64,000 bases of DNA from Candidatus Limnocylindrus sp. (GCA_040397235.1 JBBAWH010000001.1:21330-85329); one strand, 5' to 3'; positions 1 to 17,355 are shown, counted from the stretch's first letter. Notes: generated from the letters alone by a model not told the origin. Numbers and translations are program-made.

Positions 1-1
1 G

Positions 2-3670
<3,669 letters not shown>

Positions 3671-3704
3671 CGGCGGATCTCAGCCGTCCCGCAAGGGGGG
3701 TGCT

Positions 3705-3734
3705 TTGACACCTTTCGTGCTTGACTGCTACGCT
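3705..3734 (+). promoter_or_regulatory. Candidate sigma-70-type promoter for the str operon (TTGACA-18 nt-TACGCT)
   Basis: TTGACA at 3705-3710 and TACGCT at 3729-3734, in the 145-nt rpoC-rpsL spacer, about 80 nt upstream of the rpsL GTG. Confidence 0.35.
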
Positions 3735-3815
3735 CCGCGACCGTGCACAACGGGCAATTCCGCCCTGACATCACGCCAGTAGTGGAATCGAATAGAGAAG
3801 GAGCGCGCGTAAAAC

Positions 3816-4247
3816 GTGCCTACGATTAGTCAGCTCGTTCGAAAGGGTCGCAAGCCGAAGGTCTCGAAGATCAAGGCTTCAGCGTTCCGCAAGAACTGGA
3901 ACGGCATTAAGCAGCGTCAGGAGTCCGCAGAGGGCGCCCCGATGAAGCGTGGTGTCTGCTTGATCGTGCGCACCATGACCCCGAAGAAGCCGAACTCCGC
4001 TCTTCGTAAGATCGCCCGCGTGAAGCTCACCAACCAGATGGAAGTCACCGCCTACATCCCAGGCATTGGCCACAACCTCCAGGAGCACAGCGTTGTGCTC
4101 GTTCGTGGCGGCCGCGTGAAGGACCTTCCTTCGGTCAAGTACCACATCGTTCGCGGCGCACTCGATGCCGCCGGCGTGAAGGATCGCAAGCAGAGCCGTT
4201 CTAAGTATGGCGCGAAGGCTGAACAAGCCGTCGCCAAGAAGAAGTAA
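3816..4247 (+). CDS. rpsL: 30S ribosomal protein S12 (uS12), with an internal ~14-aa insertion
   Basis: 143 aa. N-terminus [12 protein letters not shown], then [10 protein letters not shown] and [26 protein letters not shown] start with GAAGGAG at 3797-3803. Confidence 0.97.
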   Translation: MPTISQLVRKGRKPKVSKIKASAFRKNWNGIKQRQESAEGAPMKRGVCLIVRTMTPKKPNSALRKIARVKLTNQMEVTAYIPGIGHNLQEHSVVLVRGGRVKDLPSVKYHIVRGALDAAGVKDRKQSRSKYGAKAEQAVAKKK

Positions 4248-4250
4248 GCG

Positions 4251-4718
4251 ATGCCACGTCGTACAACGGTCCCACGCAAGCTTAAGTACGAAGTTGTTCC
4301 GCTGAACAAAACCGTTGACCGCTTTGTGGTCAAGGTGATGTTGGGCGGCAAGCGCGGACTCGCAGAGCGCATCCTTCGCGAAGCGCTTGCACGTGTTGAG
4401 TCACAGGCAAACCGCCCAGGCCTTGAGGTGCTCGACCTCGCCCTGCGCAATGCAACACCACTGATCGAAGTGAAGCCGCGCCGCGTTGGTGGCGCCACCT
4501 ATCAGGTCCCCGTCGAGATTCGCGGCGAGCGCCGCTTGAGCCTCGGCGTTCGCTGGTTGGTGCAGGCTGCACGCAAGCGCAACGGGAAGAGCATGTCTGA
4601 CAAGCTCGCCGCTGAGTTCCTCGATGCATCGAACAACCTCGGCGCCGCAGTGAAGCGACGCGAAGAGACCCACAAGATGGCGGAGGCGAACAAGGCCTTC
4701 AGCCACTTCCGGTTCTAG
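4251..4718 (+). CDS. rpsG: 30S ribosomal protein S7 (uS7)
   Basis: 155 aa. S7-like sequence (ATPLIEVKPRRVGGATYQVPVEI). Starts 3 nt after the rpsL stop, in the conserved str-operon position. Confidence 0.97.
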   Translation: MPRRTTVPRKLKYEVVPLNKTVDRFVVKVMLGGKRGLAERILREALARVESQANRPGLEVLDLALRNATPLIEVKPRRVGGATYQVPVEIRGERRLSLGVRWLVQAARKRNGKSMSDKLAAEFLDASNNLGAAVKRREETHKMAEANKAFSHFRF

Positions 4719-4727
4719 GGGCGAGAG

Positions 4728-6818
<2,091 letters not shown>

Positions 6819-6871
6819 TCGGCGCGCGGTTGTTAGCAGAAGCGTAAGAAAGAAAGAAGGAGGAGTTCGAG

Positions 6872-8068
<1,197 letters not shown>

Positions 8069-8071
8069 CAG

Positions 8072-8380
8072 ATGGCGAAGCAGCGGATCCGCATTCGGCT
8101 CAAGGCGTATGACCACCGCCTCATCGATCAGTCTGCCCAGACGATCGTTGAGACGGCTCAGCGCACTGGTGCCGATGTGATCGGTCCGGTGCCGCTGCCA
8201 ACGCGCATTGAGAAGTTCACCGTGCTGCGCTCGCCGTTCATCGATAAGGACAGCCGAGAGCAGTTCGAGATTCGAACACACAAGCGCCTGGTAGACATCA
8301 TTGATCCGACCCCAAAGACGGTCGACGCGCTGATGCGACTCACACTCGCAGCCGGCGTCGACATTGAAATTAAGATGTAG
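8072..8380 (+). CDS. rpsJ: 30S ribosomal protein S10 (uS10)
   Basis: 102 aa, [21 protein letters not shown]... ATG lies only 3 nt after the tuf stop. Confidence 0.97.
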   Translation: MAKQRIRIRLKAYDHRLIDQSAQTIVETAQRTGADVIGPVPLPTRIEKFTVLRSPFIDKDSREQFEIRTHKRLVDIIDPTPKTVDALMRLTLAAGVDIEIKM

Positions 8381-8389
8381 GTGAGTGGA

Positions 8390-9013
8390 ATGACGATTGG
8401 ACTGCTCGGCCGTAAGGTCGGGATGACTCAGATCTTCGCCCCGGACGGCACCTCTGTGCCCGTTACCGTGGTGTCGATCGAGCCAAACACCGTCACGAAA
8501 CTCCGCACGCCAGACCAGGACGGCTACACCGCTGTGCAGCTCGGCATTGAGGCTGGGAAGCGCCGACTGAACAAGCCCGACCAGGGCCAGTTCAAGGGCG
8601 AGTTGCCAGCCTGCTCCGTTGTCCGCGAGTTCCGCGTTGAGTCGACCGAGGGGATGACCCTGGGCCAGACGCTTGACGTCAGCCTCTTCGCCGATGGTGA
8701 CCTGGTCGATGTGACCGGCATCTCAAAGGGGAAGGGCTTCGCCGGAACGATCAAGCGCCACAGCTTCGCAAGCGGACCTGAGACCCACGGCGCCGACCAT
8801 CACCGCGAGCCAGGCTCGATCGGTGCCGGTACGACCCCAGGTCGTGTCTACCGCGGCACCCGCATGGCTGGCCACATGGGTGTGGATCGCACCACCATTC
8901 AGAAGGTCACCATCATTCGCTCCGACGGCGCGCAGAACCTGCTGCTCCTCAAGGGCTCGGTTCCTGGCGCGAAGAACGCACTCGTCATGGTGAGCAAGGC
9001 GGAGCAGATCTAA
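8390..9013 (+). CDS. rplC: 50S ribosomal protein L3 (uL3)
   Basis: [17 protein letters not shown]-terminus and [11 protein letters not shown] motif. ATG 8390 is preferred over the ORF-track GTG 8381 because GGTGA lies 6 nt upstream. Start is uncertain by 9 nt. Confidence 0.93.
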   Translation: MTIGLLGRKVGMTQIFAPDGTSVPVTVVSIEPNTVTKLRTPDQDGYTAVQLGIEAGKRRLNKPDQGQFKGELPACSVVREFRVESTEGMTLGQTLDVSLFADGDLVDVTGISKGKGFAGTIKRHSFASGPETHGADHHREPGSIGAGTTPGRVYRGTRMAGHMGVDRTTIQKVTIIRSDGAQNLLLLKGSVPGAKNALVMVSKAEQI

Positions 9014-9627
9014 TGACTACTGTTGACGTCTTCTCGAAAGCTGGAGCCAAGGTGGGAACCGTTGAGTTGCCTGCCGCCTTCTCTTCGCCAGTGAACGAGG
9101 CGCTCATCCACCAGGCTGTTGTCTCGCAGCTTGCGGGCCGACGCACGGGCACGCACGCTACGAAGAAGCGCGGTGCCGTTGCTGGTGGTGGCCGCAAGCC
9201 ATGGAAGCAGAAGGGGACCGGTCGCGCACGACAGGGTTCCACGCGCTCCCCACAGTGGAAGGGCGGCGGTGTTGTCTTCGGGCCACAGGTCCGTTCACAC
9301 GAGATTCCATTCCCGAAGCGCATGCGCCGCGCAGCCCTCTTGGGTGCACTCGCCGCCAAGGTTGAAACACTCAAGATCATTGACGTGCTCGGCATCGAGA
9401 CGCCAAAGACGCAAGTGATCGCCGGTATGTGCTCCGCCCTCAAGGCCGGCAAGCATGTGCTCGTGGTTTCGCCAACTGTCGGCACCGCGCTGGTGAAGTC
9501 TGCCGCGAACATCCCGTACCTCTCGGTACTGCGCGCCGACTCGCTCAATGTTGTTGACCTCGTCAACGCCGACACGATCATCGTTGAGCAGGCAGCCCTT
9601 GCCGAGATCCAGGAGGTGTACGGATGA
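9013..9627 (+). CDS. rplD: 50S ribosomal protein L4 (uL4)
   Basis: 204 aa. GGGRKPWKQKGTGRARQGS motif. TAATG overlap with rplC. Confidence 0.96.
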   Translation: MTTVDVFSKAGAKVGTVELPAAFSSPVNEALIHQAVVSQLAGRRTGTHATKKRGAVAGGGRKPWKQKGTGRARQGSTRSPQWKGGGVVFGPQVRSHEIPFPKRMRRAALLGALAAKVETLKIIDVLGIETPKTQVIAGMCSALKAGKHVLVVSPTVGTALVKSAANIPYLSVLRADSLNVVDLVNADTIIVEQAALAEIQEVYG

Positions 9628-9926
9628 ACCGCACCCCACACGAGACGATCCTTCGCCCCGTGATCTCCGAGAAGTCGATCCTGCAGTCGCAGACCGGCAC
9701 GTACACCTTCGCCGTGCACGCCGACGCCTCCAAGATTGAGATCGCCGCCGCCATCGCCTCGCTCTTCACCGTCAAGGTGAAGGAGGTCAACGTGCTCACC
9801 ACCAAGGCGAAGGAGACGCGTGGCACACTCGCCCGCAGCCGTTTCCCAGGTAAGACGACCCCATGGCGCAAGGCCATGGTCACCCTCGCCCCTGGCGAGA
9901 AGATTCAGTTCTTCGAAGGAGTCTAA
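9624..9926 (+). CDS. rplW: 50S ribosomal protein L23 (uL23)
   Basis: 100 aa. ATGA overlap with rplD. S10-operon position and L23-like sequence. Confidence 0.95.
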   Translation: MNRTPHETILRPVISEKSILQSQTGTYTFAVHADASKIEIAAAIASLFTVKVKEVNVLTTKAKETRGTLARSRFPGKTTPWRKAMVTLAPGEKIQFFEGV

Positions 9927-9928
9927 CC

Positions 9929-10756
9929 ATGGCACTTCGTCGATTGAAGCCAACCAGCGCCGGCGTCCGCGGCATGACCATGCCAACGTTCGACGAGATC
10001 ACGACCGATGAGCCGCACAAGCCGCTCACCGAGAAGCTCGTGCGTGGTTCAGGGCGTAACTTCCAGGGGAAGATCACCGTTCGTCACCGCGGTGGTGAGC
10101 AGAAGCGCCTCTATCGCAAGATCGACTTCCGCCGCAACAAGTTTGGCGTGCCAGCTCGCGTGGCGACCGTTGAGTACGATCCAAACCGCTCGGCGCGCAT
10201 CGGCCTCCTGAACTACGCCGATGGCGAGAAGCGCTACATGCTCCTGCCAAACGGCCTCTCAGTTGGCGACAACGTGGTCTCGGGTCCCGACGCTGAAGCG
10301 AAGGTCGGAAACGCCCTGCCGCTCGGTCGAATGCCGCTCGGTACAACCGTCCACAACATCGAGTTGGTTCCTGGGAAGGGCGGCCAGATGGTTCGCTCCG
10401 CCGGAACCGCCGCACAGCTCGTCGCCAAAGAGGGCACATGTGCCACCATTCGTATGCCCTCCGGCGAGATGCGTCTCGTCCCACTTCTCTGCATGGCAAC
10501 CGTGGGCCAGGTGTCGAACCTTGACCACGAGAACATGGCGATCGGTAAGGCCGGGCGCGCGCGACACATGGGCAAGCGCCCAGAGGTCCGTGGCTCTGCA
10601 ATGAACCCGGTCGATCACCCTCACGGCGGTGGCGAAGGCAAGGCCCCAACGGGTATGCCTCCGAAGACGCCTTGGGGCAAGCCTGCGATGGGTCTTCGTA
10701 CCCGCCGCAACAAGTTGACGCAGCGGCTGATCGTCCGCTCGCGACACGCACGCTGA
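9929..10756 (+). CDS. rplB: 50S ribosomal protein L2 (uL2)
   Basis: 275 aa from ATG 9929 ([12 protein letters not shown]...). Motifs [11 protein letters not shown] and HPHGGGEGK. The ORF-track start 9863 would overlap rplW and adds a non-homologous extension. Confidence 0.96.
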   Translation: MALRRLKPTSAGVRGMTMPTFDEITTDEPHKPLTEKLVRGSGRNFQGKITVRHRGGEQKRLYRKIDFRRNKFGVPARVATVEYDPNRSARIGLLNYADGEKRYMLLPNGLSVGDNVVSGPDAEAKVGNALPLGRMPLGTTVHNIELVPGKGGQMVRSAGTAAQLVAKEGTCATIRMPSGEMRLVPLLCMATVGQVSNLDHENMAIGKAGRARHMGKRPEVRGSAMNPVDHPHGGGEGKAPTGMPPKTPWGKPAMGLRTRRNKLTQRLIVRSRHAR

Positions 10757-10772
10757 TCGAGGAGGAGGCTTA

Positions 10773-11057
10773 ATGTCACGTTCGTCTAAGAAGGCTCCGT
10801 TCATCGAGAAGCGGCTCCTTGCGCGCGTTCAGGCAATGAACGCGATCAATGAGAAGCGCGTCGTGAAGACCTGGTCGCGCGCATCGGTCATCTATCCAGA
10901 CTTCATCGGCCACACCGTGGCGGTCTACAACGGCCGCAAGCATGTGCCGGTCTTCATCACCGAGAACATGGTCGGGCACCGCCTCGGCGAGTTCTCGCCA
11001 ACGCGCACCTTCAAGGGCCACCAGCGCGTGGACCGCACGACGGCGGTGGCCTCGTGA
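10773..11057 (+). CDS. rpsS: 30S ribosomal protein S19 (uS19)
   Basis: 94 aa. [50 protein letters not shown] upstream. Confidence 0.97.
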   Translation: MSRSSKKAPFIEKRLLARVQAMNAINEKRVVKTWSRASVIYPDFIGHTVAVYNGRKHVPVFITENMVGHRLGEFSPTRTFKGHQRVDRTTAVAS

Positions 11058-11398
11058 GCATTCGCGTGAAGGCAACGGCGAAGTACGTGCGTGGTTCGAC
11101 CCGCCGTGCTCAGCTCGTGGTGCGAGCGATCATGGGGAAGTCTGTGGCTGATGCCACGGCGATCCTGCGCTTCCTGCCGCACTCCTCGGCCCGCGATGTC
11201 GCTTCGGTGCTCAAGAGCGCAACGGCAAATGCAGAGGCCAACCACAGCATTCCGGCCGACCGCCTCTTCGTGGTCGACGCTAGTGCCGACGAAGGTCCAA
11301 CCTTGAAGCGCTTCCGACCTCGCGCACAGGGTCGAGCCTTCGCCATTCATAAGCCAATGACCCACATCACCGTCGTCGTAAGCGCAAAGGAGGCCTGA
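11054..11398 (+). CDS. rplV: 50S ribosomal protein L22 (uL22)
   Basis: 114 aa. GTGA overlap with rps[15 protein letters not shown]... is typical of L22. Confidence 0.95.
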   Translation: MSIRVKATAKYVRGSTRRAQLVVRAIMGKSVADATAILRFLPHSSARDVASVLKSATANAEANHSIPADRLFVVDASADEGPTLKRFRPRAQGRAFAIHKPMTHITVVVSAKEA

Positions 11399-11400
11399 CC

Positions 11401-12075
11401 ATGGGACAGAAGGTTCACCCAGTAGGCTTCCGACTCGGCATCACGAAGACGTGGTCTGCCCAGTGGTACGCCGACAAGGATTACACGAAGCTCCTCCAGG
11501 AAGACCTGCGCATTCGCAAGTTGATCGACGTGAAGTTGGCTGCGGCCAGCATCTCGAAGGTTGAAATCGAGCGCGGCTTGAACTACGTCACCGTGACCGT
11601 CCACTCGGCCAAGCCGGGTGTGGTGATCGGCAAGGGTGGTCAGAACGTCGAAGTGCTCCGCGCTGCGATCGGTGAGATCAGCGCCGGCAAGGTGAAGCTG
11701 GAGATCAAGGAGATCCGACAGCCAGACCTCGACGCCTATCTCGTTGCCGCATCCATCGGCGCACAGTTGGTCCGACGCATCGCCTTCCGCAAAGCGCTCA
11801 AGCAGGGGATCCAGCGTTCGATGAAGGCTGGCGCTAAGGGCGTGAAGATCATGGTCTCCGGTCGACTTGGCGGCGCTGAGATGAGCCGCACCGAGTGGGA
11901 CCGCGACGGCCGACTACCGCTCCACACGCTTCGCGCCGATATTGACTTCTCTGTCTTCCATGCCACGACCACCTTCGGTCAGATTGGCGTGAAGGTCTGG
12001 ATCTACCGCGGCGACGCTCCGGCCGATGTGCTGAAGCCGAAGCCGCTCTCTGAAAACGTAGGATCGGGGGCATAA
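11401..12075 (+). CDS. rpsC: 30S ribosomal protein S3 (uS3)
   Basis: 224 aa. [15 protein letters not shown]-terminus, KH-domain region. Confidence 0.97.
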   Translation: MGQKVHPVGFRLGITKTWSAQWYADKDYTKLLQEDLRIRKLIDVKLAAASISKVEIERGLNYVTVTVHSAKPGVVIGKGGQNVEVLRAAIGEISAGKVKLEIKEIRQPDLDAYLVAASIGAQLVRRIAFRKALKQGIQRSMKAGAKGVKIMVSGRLGGAEMSRTEWDRDGRLPLHTLRADIDFSVFHATTTFGQIGVKVWIYRGDAPADVLKPKPLSENVGSGA

Positions 12076-12077
12076 CG

Positions 12078-12638
12078 ATGTTGATGCCGAAGCGAGTCAA
12101 GTGGCGCAAGGTTCAGCGAGGCCGCATGTCCGGCCCTGCTAAGTCTGGTCGCACCGTGGCCTTCGGCGACTTCGGCATTGCCACGACCGAGCCAGCCTGG
12201 GTCACCGCCCGCCAGATCGAAGCTGCCCGTCGCGCAATGACGCGCCAGATCAACCGCGGTGGCAAGGTCTGGATCCGCATCTTCCCCGACAAGCCAATCA
12301 CCAAGAAGCCTGCCGAAACCCGCATGGGTTCCGGTAAGGGCGCCCCAGACCAGTGGGTTGCCGTGGTGAAGCCAGGGCGCATCCTGTTCGAAATGGCCGG
12401 CGTTACGCGCGCAGAGGCCGTTGAGGCCTTCCGCCTCGCCGGCATGAAGCTCCCTGTGAGCACGGTGATCGTGGAGCGCTCGGCCGACCTCGGCGAGGTT
12501 GTCTTCGGCAAGAAGTTCCTGCAGAAGGTGGCCCTCGGACTACCAACGACGGAAGAGGCACCCGCCGCTGGAGCTGCTGCACCGAAGGAGCCTGAGCTCG
12601 TGAAGCCGGTGAAGCCTGCCAAGGAGGTCGAGGCATGA
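12078..12638 (+). CDS. rplP: 50S ribosomal protein L16 (uL16) with ~51-aa C-terminal extension
   Basis: 186 aa. [16 protein letters not shown]... through ...[14 protein letters not shown] matches L16. The tail ADLGEV...[11 protein letters not shown] follows. Confidence 0.96.
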   Translation: MLMPKRVKWRKVQRGRMSGPAKSGRTVAFGDFGIATTEPAWVTARQIEAARRAMTRQINRGGKVWIRIFPDKPITKKPAETRMGSGKGAPDQWVAVVKPGRILFEMAGVTRAEAVEAFRLAGMKLPVSTVIVERSADLGEVVFGKKFLQKVALGLPTTEEAPAAGAAAPKEPELVKPVKPAKEVEA

Positions 12639-12838
12639 TTGAGATCGCCCAGGTCCGCAACATGACTGATGCTGAGTTGGTCCAGGCTATCGCTGACGCG
12701 AAGCGCGACCTTTGGCAGGCTCGATTCGAGCTGTCGACCCGCCAGCTGAAAGACACGAGTGTCGTAAACAAGACGCGCAAAACCATCGCGCGCCTGCTGA
12801 TGGTCCTGGCCGAGCGCCAGGCCGCACAGAAGGCATAG
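12635..12838 (+). CDS. rpmC: 50S ribosomal protein L29 (uL29)
   Basis: 67 aa. ATGA overlap with rplP. Conserved position. Confidence 0.93.
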   Translation: MIEIAQVRNMTDAELVQAIADAKRDLWQARFELSTRQLKDTSVVNKTRKTIARLLMVLAERQAAQKA

Positions 12839-12846
12839 GGGGAGTT

Positions 12847-13128
12847 ATGAGCGAGCAGCATCTAGGAAAGCGCAAGACACAGACCGGCCGTGTTGTCAGC
12901 GATAAGGGTGACAAGACGATCGTGATCTCTGTAGAGCGCCTCGCGCAGCACCCTGTCTACAAGCGCGTCATTCGCCGCACCGCTCGATTCATGGCGCATG
13001 ACGAACTCAACGACGCCAAGATCGGCGACCTCGTGACCGTTGAAGAGTCCCGACCACTCAGCGCCCGCAAGCGCTGGACGCTCGTCAAGGTTGTCAAGCG
13101 CGGCGAGTCACAGGAGGGGGCACTGTGA
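12847..13128 (+). CDS. rpsQ: 30S ribosomal protein S17 (uS17)
   Basis: 93 aa from ATG 12847 ([26 protein letters not shown]...). GGGGGAG SD sits just upstream. The ORF-track start 12712 lies inside rpmC. Confidence 0.95.
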   Translation: MSEQHLGKRKTQTGRVVSDKGDKTIVISVERLAQHPVYKRVIRRTARFMAHDELNDAKIGDLVTVEESRPLSARKRWTLVKVVKRGESQEGAL

Positions 13129-13493
13129 TTCAGACCGGTACCCGCCTCCGCGTCGCCGACAACTCTGGCGCCAAGGTCATTGAGTGCTTCCGCATCCTCG
13201 GGCGCGGCCGGGCAACCACCGCCTACGTTGGCGACGTGATCGTCGCTGCAGTGAAGCAGGCGACACCAAACGCTGGCGTCAAGAAGGGCGATGTCGTGAA
13301 GGCAGTCGTCGTGCGCACCGTTAAGGAGATCTCGCGGCCTGATGGCAGCGTGATCCGCTTCGACGAGAACGCCGCCGTGCTGATCGCCGCTGACGGCAAC
13401 CCACGAGGCACCCGCATCTTTGGGCCAGTCGCGCGCGAGCTGCGCGATCGGGACTACATGAAGATCATCTCACTCGCGCCGGAGGTGCTCTAA
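13125..13493 (+). CDS. rplN: 50S ribosomal protein L14 (uL14)
   Basis: 122 aa. [18 protein letters not shown]-terminus. GTGA overlap with rpsQ. Confidence 0.97.
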   Translation: MIQTGTRLRVADNSGAKVIECFRILGRGRATTAYVGDVIVAAVKQATPNAGVKKGDVVKAVVVRTVKEISRPDGSVIRFDENAAVLIAADGNPRGTRIFGPVARELRDRDYMKIISLAPEVL

Positions 13494-13873
13494 TGCGTTC
13501 GGTTTACGAGACGACCACAGAGATTCGCGTCGGCGACACCGTTTCGGTGCTCAGCGGCAAGGATGCAGGGAAGCGTGGCAGCGTTGAGCGCCTCGTGGCT
13601 CCAGGCAAGGTTGTTGTGACCGGCCTCAACATCGCCAAGAAGCATCAGAAGCCACGCCAGAAGATGGCGAACGGCTCACAGGCGCCAACGGTTGAGCCTG
13701 GTGGCATCATTGAGATTGCCATGCCGCTCGCCCTCGCCAAGGTCGCTGTGGTCTGCCCGAAGTGCGACCGACCGATCCGCCTCAAGGCGGGACGAACCGC
13801 GGATGGCAAGAAGCAGCGCCTCTGTGGCCGCTGCGGCACCGTCATCGGTGGCAAGAAGGAGGCTGCTAAGTGA
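13493..13873 (+). CDS. rplX: 50S ribosomal protein L24 (uL24), zinc-ribbon-containing form
   Basis: 126 aa. KOW motif [21 protein letters not shown]...CGRC four-Cys pattern near the C-terminus. Confidence 0.95.
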   Translation: MRSVYETTTEIRVGDTVSVLSGKDAGKRGSVERLVAPGKVVVTGLNIAKKHQKPRQKMANGSQAPTVEPGGIIEIAMPLALAKVAVVCPKCDRPIRLKAGRTADGKKQRLCGRCGTVIGGKKEAAK

Positions 13874-14409
13874 GCCAGCTGAAGCAGCGCTATACGACTG
13901 AAGTGATTCCGGCCCTGAAGAGCGAGTTCGGCTACACGAACGCGATGCAGGTGCCACGCCTCCAGAAGATCGTGGTCAACATTGGCCTCGGCGAGGCACT
14001 GACGAACGCCAAGGCCATCGATGCGGCCGTGGGCGATCTCGCCCTGATCACCGGCCAGCGCGCGATCGTCACCAAGGCGAAGAAGTCCATCGCGACCTTC
14101 AAGGTCCGCGAGGGGAACCCAATCGGCGCGAAGGTCACCCTGCGTGGCGAGCGCATGTGGGACTTCCTTGAGCGACTCACCCGCGTCGCCCTGCCACGCA
14201 TCCGAGATTTCCGCGGCGTGTCGGGCAAATCATTCGATGGCCGTGGCAACTACACCCTGGGCATGAAGGAGCAGCTCTCCTTCCCTGAGGTGGAGTTCGA
14301 CAAGATCGACCGACTTCGAGGTCTCGAAGTCACAATCGTAACGACGGCGAAGAGCGATGAGGAGTCTAAGAAGCTCCTCTCTCTGCTCGGCATGCCGTTC
14401 GGGAACTGA
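13870..14409 (+). CDS. rplE: 50S ribosomal protein L5 (uL5)
   Basis: 179 aa. [24 protein letters not shown] overlap with rplX. Confidence 0.97.
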   Translation: MSQLKQRYTTEVIPALKSEFGYTNAMQVPRLQKIVVNIGLGEALTNAKAIDAAVGDLALITGQRAIVTKAKKSIATFKVREGNPIGAKVTLRGERMWDFLERLTRVALPRIRDFRGVSGKSFDGRGNYTLGMKEQLSFPEVEFDKIDRLRGLEVTIVTTAKSDEESKKLLSLLGMPFGN

Positions 14410-14419
14410 GGGGGCTGAG

Positions 14420-14605
14420 ATGGCGAAGAAGTCGTTGGTACTAAAGTCGGCAGCGCCGGCAAAGTTTTCTACGCGGAAGTACAGCCGTTGCGCCCTCTGT
14501 GGGCGCCCACGTGCATTCATCCGTCGATTCGGCCTCTGCCGAATCTGTTTCCGAGAGCGCGCCCTGGTCGGAATGATCCCGGGCGTCACGAAGTCGAGTT
14601 TCTGA
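14420..14605 (+). CDS. rpsZ: 30S ribosomal protein S14 type Z (zinc-binding, 61 aa)
   Basis: ATG 14420 preceded by [16 protein letters not shown]...[23 protein letters not shown] carries the CxxC...CxxC pattern. The ORF-track start 14357 lies inside rplE. Confidence 0.95.
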   Translation: MAKKSLVLKSAAPAKFSTRKYSRCALCGRPRAFIRRFGLCRICFRERALVGMIPGVTKSSF

Positions 14606-14609
14606 GAAT

Positions 14610-15008
14610 ATGAACGTCACTGATCCAATTGCAGACATGCTCACTCGCATCCGGAACGCGTCGCGCGCCCGGCATGCTGAGGTGCTCGTCCCGGCCTCCA
14701 AGCTGAAGCTCCAGATGGCGCGCATCCTTGTGGATGAGGGGTTCGTCGCCTCCTTCATGGAGACCAAGAAGGGCCCTGAGAACTACCTCCAAGTCACCCT
14801 GAAGTACGTCGATGGCAAGGTGCCAGTCGTCTCCGGGCTCAAGCGCATCAGCAAGCCTGGGCTAAGGGTTTATGCTGGTAAGACAGAGATTCCGCGCGTG
14901 CTCGGCGGCCTCGGTGTTGTCATCCTGAGCACATCAAAGGGGATCATGACCGGAGCGCAGGCCCACAAGGCCCAGCTCGGCGGCGAGATCCTCGCCTACG
15001 TCTGGTAG
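14610..15008 (+). CDS. rpsH: 30S ribosomal protein S8 (uS8)
   Basis: 132 aa. MNVTDPIADMLTRIRNA N-terminus. Confidence 0.97.
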   Translation: MNVTDPIADMLTRIRNASRARHAEVLVPASKLKLQMARILVDEGFVASFMETKKGPENYLQVTLKYVDGKVPVVSGLKRISKPGLRVYAGKTEIPRVLGGLGVVILSTSKGIMTGAQAHKAQLGGEILAYVW

Positions 15009-15020
15009 AGGAGGGGACTG

Positions 15021-15569
15021 ATGTCACGAATCGGACGCAAGCCCATCGCCGTACCAGCAGGGGTGAAGGTCACTTTTGAGGGTCGAACCGTTTCGGCCAC
15101 CGGGCCGAAGGGGACCCTCTCCCGTGAGATCCCTGGCGCAATCACGTTCACCCTCGAGGCGGATGTGATTATCGTGGCGCGTCCCGATGACAGCAAAACC
15201 AACCGCGCGATGCACGGCCTCTGCCGCACGCTCATCGCCAATATGGTCGAGGGTGTTGCCACCGGCTTCCGCACCGATCTTGAGATCAACGGCGTCGGCT
15301 ATCGCGCCGCGAAGGCGGGGAACAAGTTGACCCTGGCCCTCGGCTACAGCCACCCAATTGAGATCGACCCACCGGCCGGGATCACCTTCGAAGTGGACGG
15401 CCAGACGAAGGTTGCCGTTCTCGGCGCAAACAAGGAGCTCGTCGGGCAGATCGCCGCAGAGATTCGCTCGCTTCGTAAGCCCGAGCCATACAAGGGGAAG
15501 GGCATAAAGTACGTCAACGAGGTCATCCGCCGCAAGGCCGGTAAGGCCGGAAAGGTTGGTGCCAAGTGA
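15021..15569 (+). CDS. rplF: 50S ribosomal protein L6 (uL6)
   Basis: 182 aa. [16 protein letters not shown]-terminus. GAGGAGGGG SD upstream. Confidence 0.97.
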   Translation: MSRIGRKPIAVPAGVKVTFEGRTVSATGPKGTLSREIPGAITFTLEADVIIVARPDDSKTNRAMHGLCRTLIANMVEGVATGFRTDLEINGVGYRAAKAGNKLTLALGYSHPIEIDPPAGITFEVDGQTKVAVLGANKELVGQIAAEIRSLRKPEPYKGKGIKYVNEVIRRKAGKAGKVGAK

Positions 15570-15931
15570 GCCGCGCAACGACACGCGTCGCGTCGCGTAA
15601 GCGCCGCCACTTCGGAATTCGACTGACCGTTGAGGGCTCAGCCGCACGACCGCGACTCGCGATCTTCCGCAGCCTGAACCACATCTACGCACAGGTCATT
15701 GATGACGCAACCGGGAAGACCCTGGCGGCGGCCTCTACCCTTGACGCAACAGTGAGGGGCGACGCCAAGCGCACGAAGGTGCAGGAGGCTGCCGAAGTTG
15801 GAACACTCGTTGCTGAGCGAGCTAAGACCGCTGGAGTGGCGAAGGTTGTCTTCGACCGCGCTGGATTTAAATATCATGGGCGCCTTAAGGCGCTCGCAGA
15901 CGCTGCCCGGGCTGCCGGGCTTGAGTTCTAG
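15566..15931 (+). CDS. rplR: 50S ribosomal protein L18 (uL18)
   Basis: 121 aa. GTGA overlap with rplF. ...[19 protein letters not shown]... is typical of L18. Confidence 0.96.
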   Translation: MSRATTRVASRKRRHFGIRLTVEGSAARPRLAIFRSLNHIYAQVIDDATGKTLAAASTLDATVRGDAKRTKVQEAAEVGTLVAERAKTAGVAKVVFDRAGFKYHGRLKALADAARAAGLEF

Positions 15932-15943
15932 GAGGGCACTGAG

Positions 15944-16477
15944 ATGGCGAGAATTGACGCGTCGAAGCTGACCCTCGCGGAGAAGGTCGTGCAGATTAAT
16001 CGAGTAGCGAAGGTAGTTAAGGGCGGACGACGCTTCACCTTCTCTGCGCTCGTCGTCGTTGGCGATGGCCAGGGACACGTTGGCGTTGGCATCGGCAAGG
16101 CCGGCGAAGTGCCAGAGTCAATCCGCAAGGGGACCGAAGACGCGAAGAAGAACCTCATCCGCGTGCCGTTCCTTGGCACCACGATTCCGCACGAGGTGTC
16201 GGCCGAGCACTCCGCCAGCCGCGTGATGCTGAAGCCAGCCTCACAGGGAACTGGCGTGATCGCTGGCGGTGCAATTCGCGCGATCATCACCGCTGCGGGC
16301 ATCCACGACATTCTCTCCAAGGTCTACGGCTCCTCAAATCCCGTGAACGCAACCCGCGCCGCGATTGAGGCGCTCTCGCAGCTGCGCACCGCTGAGCAGA
16401 TCTCAGCCGCACGTGGCAAGCGCGTCCGCATCCGCGTCGGCGGCCAAGAGTCGACGCCAGAGGTGCACCATGGCTGA
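15944..16477 (+). CDS. rpsE: 30S ribosomal protein S5 (uS5)
   Basis: 177 aa. [30 protein letters not shown]. Confidence 0.97.
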   Translation: MARIDASKLTLAEKVVQINRVAKVVKGGRRFTFSALVVVGDGQGHVGVGIGKAGEVPESIRKGTEDAKKNLIRVPFLGTTIPHEVSAEHSASRVMLKPASQGTGVIAGGAIRAIITAAGIHDILSKVYGSSNPVNATRAAIEALSQLRTAEQISAARGKRVRIRVGGQESTPEVHHG

Positions 16478-16754
16478 GAACTACATCAAGGTCACCCAGG
16501 TCAAGAGTGAGCTCGGGCATGTTGCGCGAAACCGCGGCACGATTCGTGCGCTCGGCCTCGACCGCATCGGTGATACCAACCTGCTCCCTGACAATCCAGC
16601 TGTTCGCGGCATGGTGCGCCAGGTGAACTTCCTCGTCTCGGTCGATGAGTTGACCGGTGACGAGGCTGCGACCGCGGCAACCGCGGTCGCAACGAAGAAG
16701 GCACAGAAGGCGAAGAAGCCTGCCAAGGTGAAGAAGGCGAAGGTGACCAAGTGA
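16470..16754 (+). CDS. rpmD: 50S ribosomal protein L30 (uL30) with ~34-aa Lys/Ala-rich C-terminal tail
   Basis: 94 aa from ATG 16470 ([16 protein letters not shown]...[15 protein letters not shown]). Overlaps the rpsE stop by 8 nt. The ORF-track start 16365 lies inside rpsE. Confidence 0.94.
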   Translation: MAENYIKVTQVKSELGHVARNRGTIRALGLDRIGDTNLLPDNPAVRGMVRQVNFLVSVDELTGDEAATAATAVATKKAQKAKKPAKVKKAKVTK

Positions 16755-17344
16755 AGCTCCATGATCTGCAGCCAGCACCAGGGTCGAAGAAGAAGCGTAT
16801 TCGTGTCGGCCGCGGTGTTGCCGCTGGACGCGGTAAGACTGCCGGTTACGGCACGAAGGGCCAGACCTCGCGAAGCGGTGGGAGCATTCCAGCGTGGTTC
16901 GAAGGTGGCCAGACGCCAATCCATCGCCGCATTCCAAAGCTTCGCGGCTTCCGCAATGTTCTGCGCGTTGAAGTCGCGGTCGTCAATGTTGGTCGGATTC
17001 AGCAGTGGATCGACGCTGGCCGCCTGAAGGGCGAAGGCCCGCTCAGCGTGAACGCCGACATCCTTGCCGCAGCGGGCCTCCTCAAGACTCGAGGGAAGCC
17101 GTTGAAGGTGCTCGGCACCGGTGAGATTTCGACGAAGATCCTCTTTGCCGCCAACTCGTTCACCGACAGTGCCGTGGCCAAGATCAGGGCCGCTGGCGGT
17201 GACATCACGGTGTATGAGAGCGCCACTCCAGCCTCAGCGGCCCCAGTCGGGGTTAAGGCGGGGAAGAACGCTCCGACACCAGGGAAGAGGGCTCCAGCAA
17301 AGCGCGCAACCAAGGCCGCACGGGCCGACGGCGCAGACGCCTAA
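16751..17344 (+). CDS. rplO: 50S ribosomal protein L15 (uL15) with ~41-aa basic C-terminal tail
   Basis: 197 aa. [22 protein letters not shown]...GKTAG.G.KGQ.SRSGG. GTGA overlap with rpmD. Confidence 0.96.
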   Translation: MKLHDLQPAPGSKKKRIRVGRGVAAGRGKTAGYGTKGQTSRSGGSIPAWFEGGQTPIHRRIPKLRGFRNVLRVEVAVVNVGRIQQWIDAGRLKGEGPLSVNADILAAAGLLKTRGKPLKVLGTGEISTKILFAANSFTDSAVAKIRAAGGDITVYESATPASAAPVGVKAGKNAPTPGKRAPAKRATKAARADGADA

Positions 17345-17355
17345 GGTAAGGTCGC

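Noticed and set aside
8985-9986. 333-aa ORF antisense to rplD, rplW and rplB
   Set aside because: It spans three ribosomal protein genes on the other strand. The composition is Arg/Ala/Ser-rich. It is an artefact.
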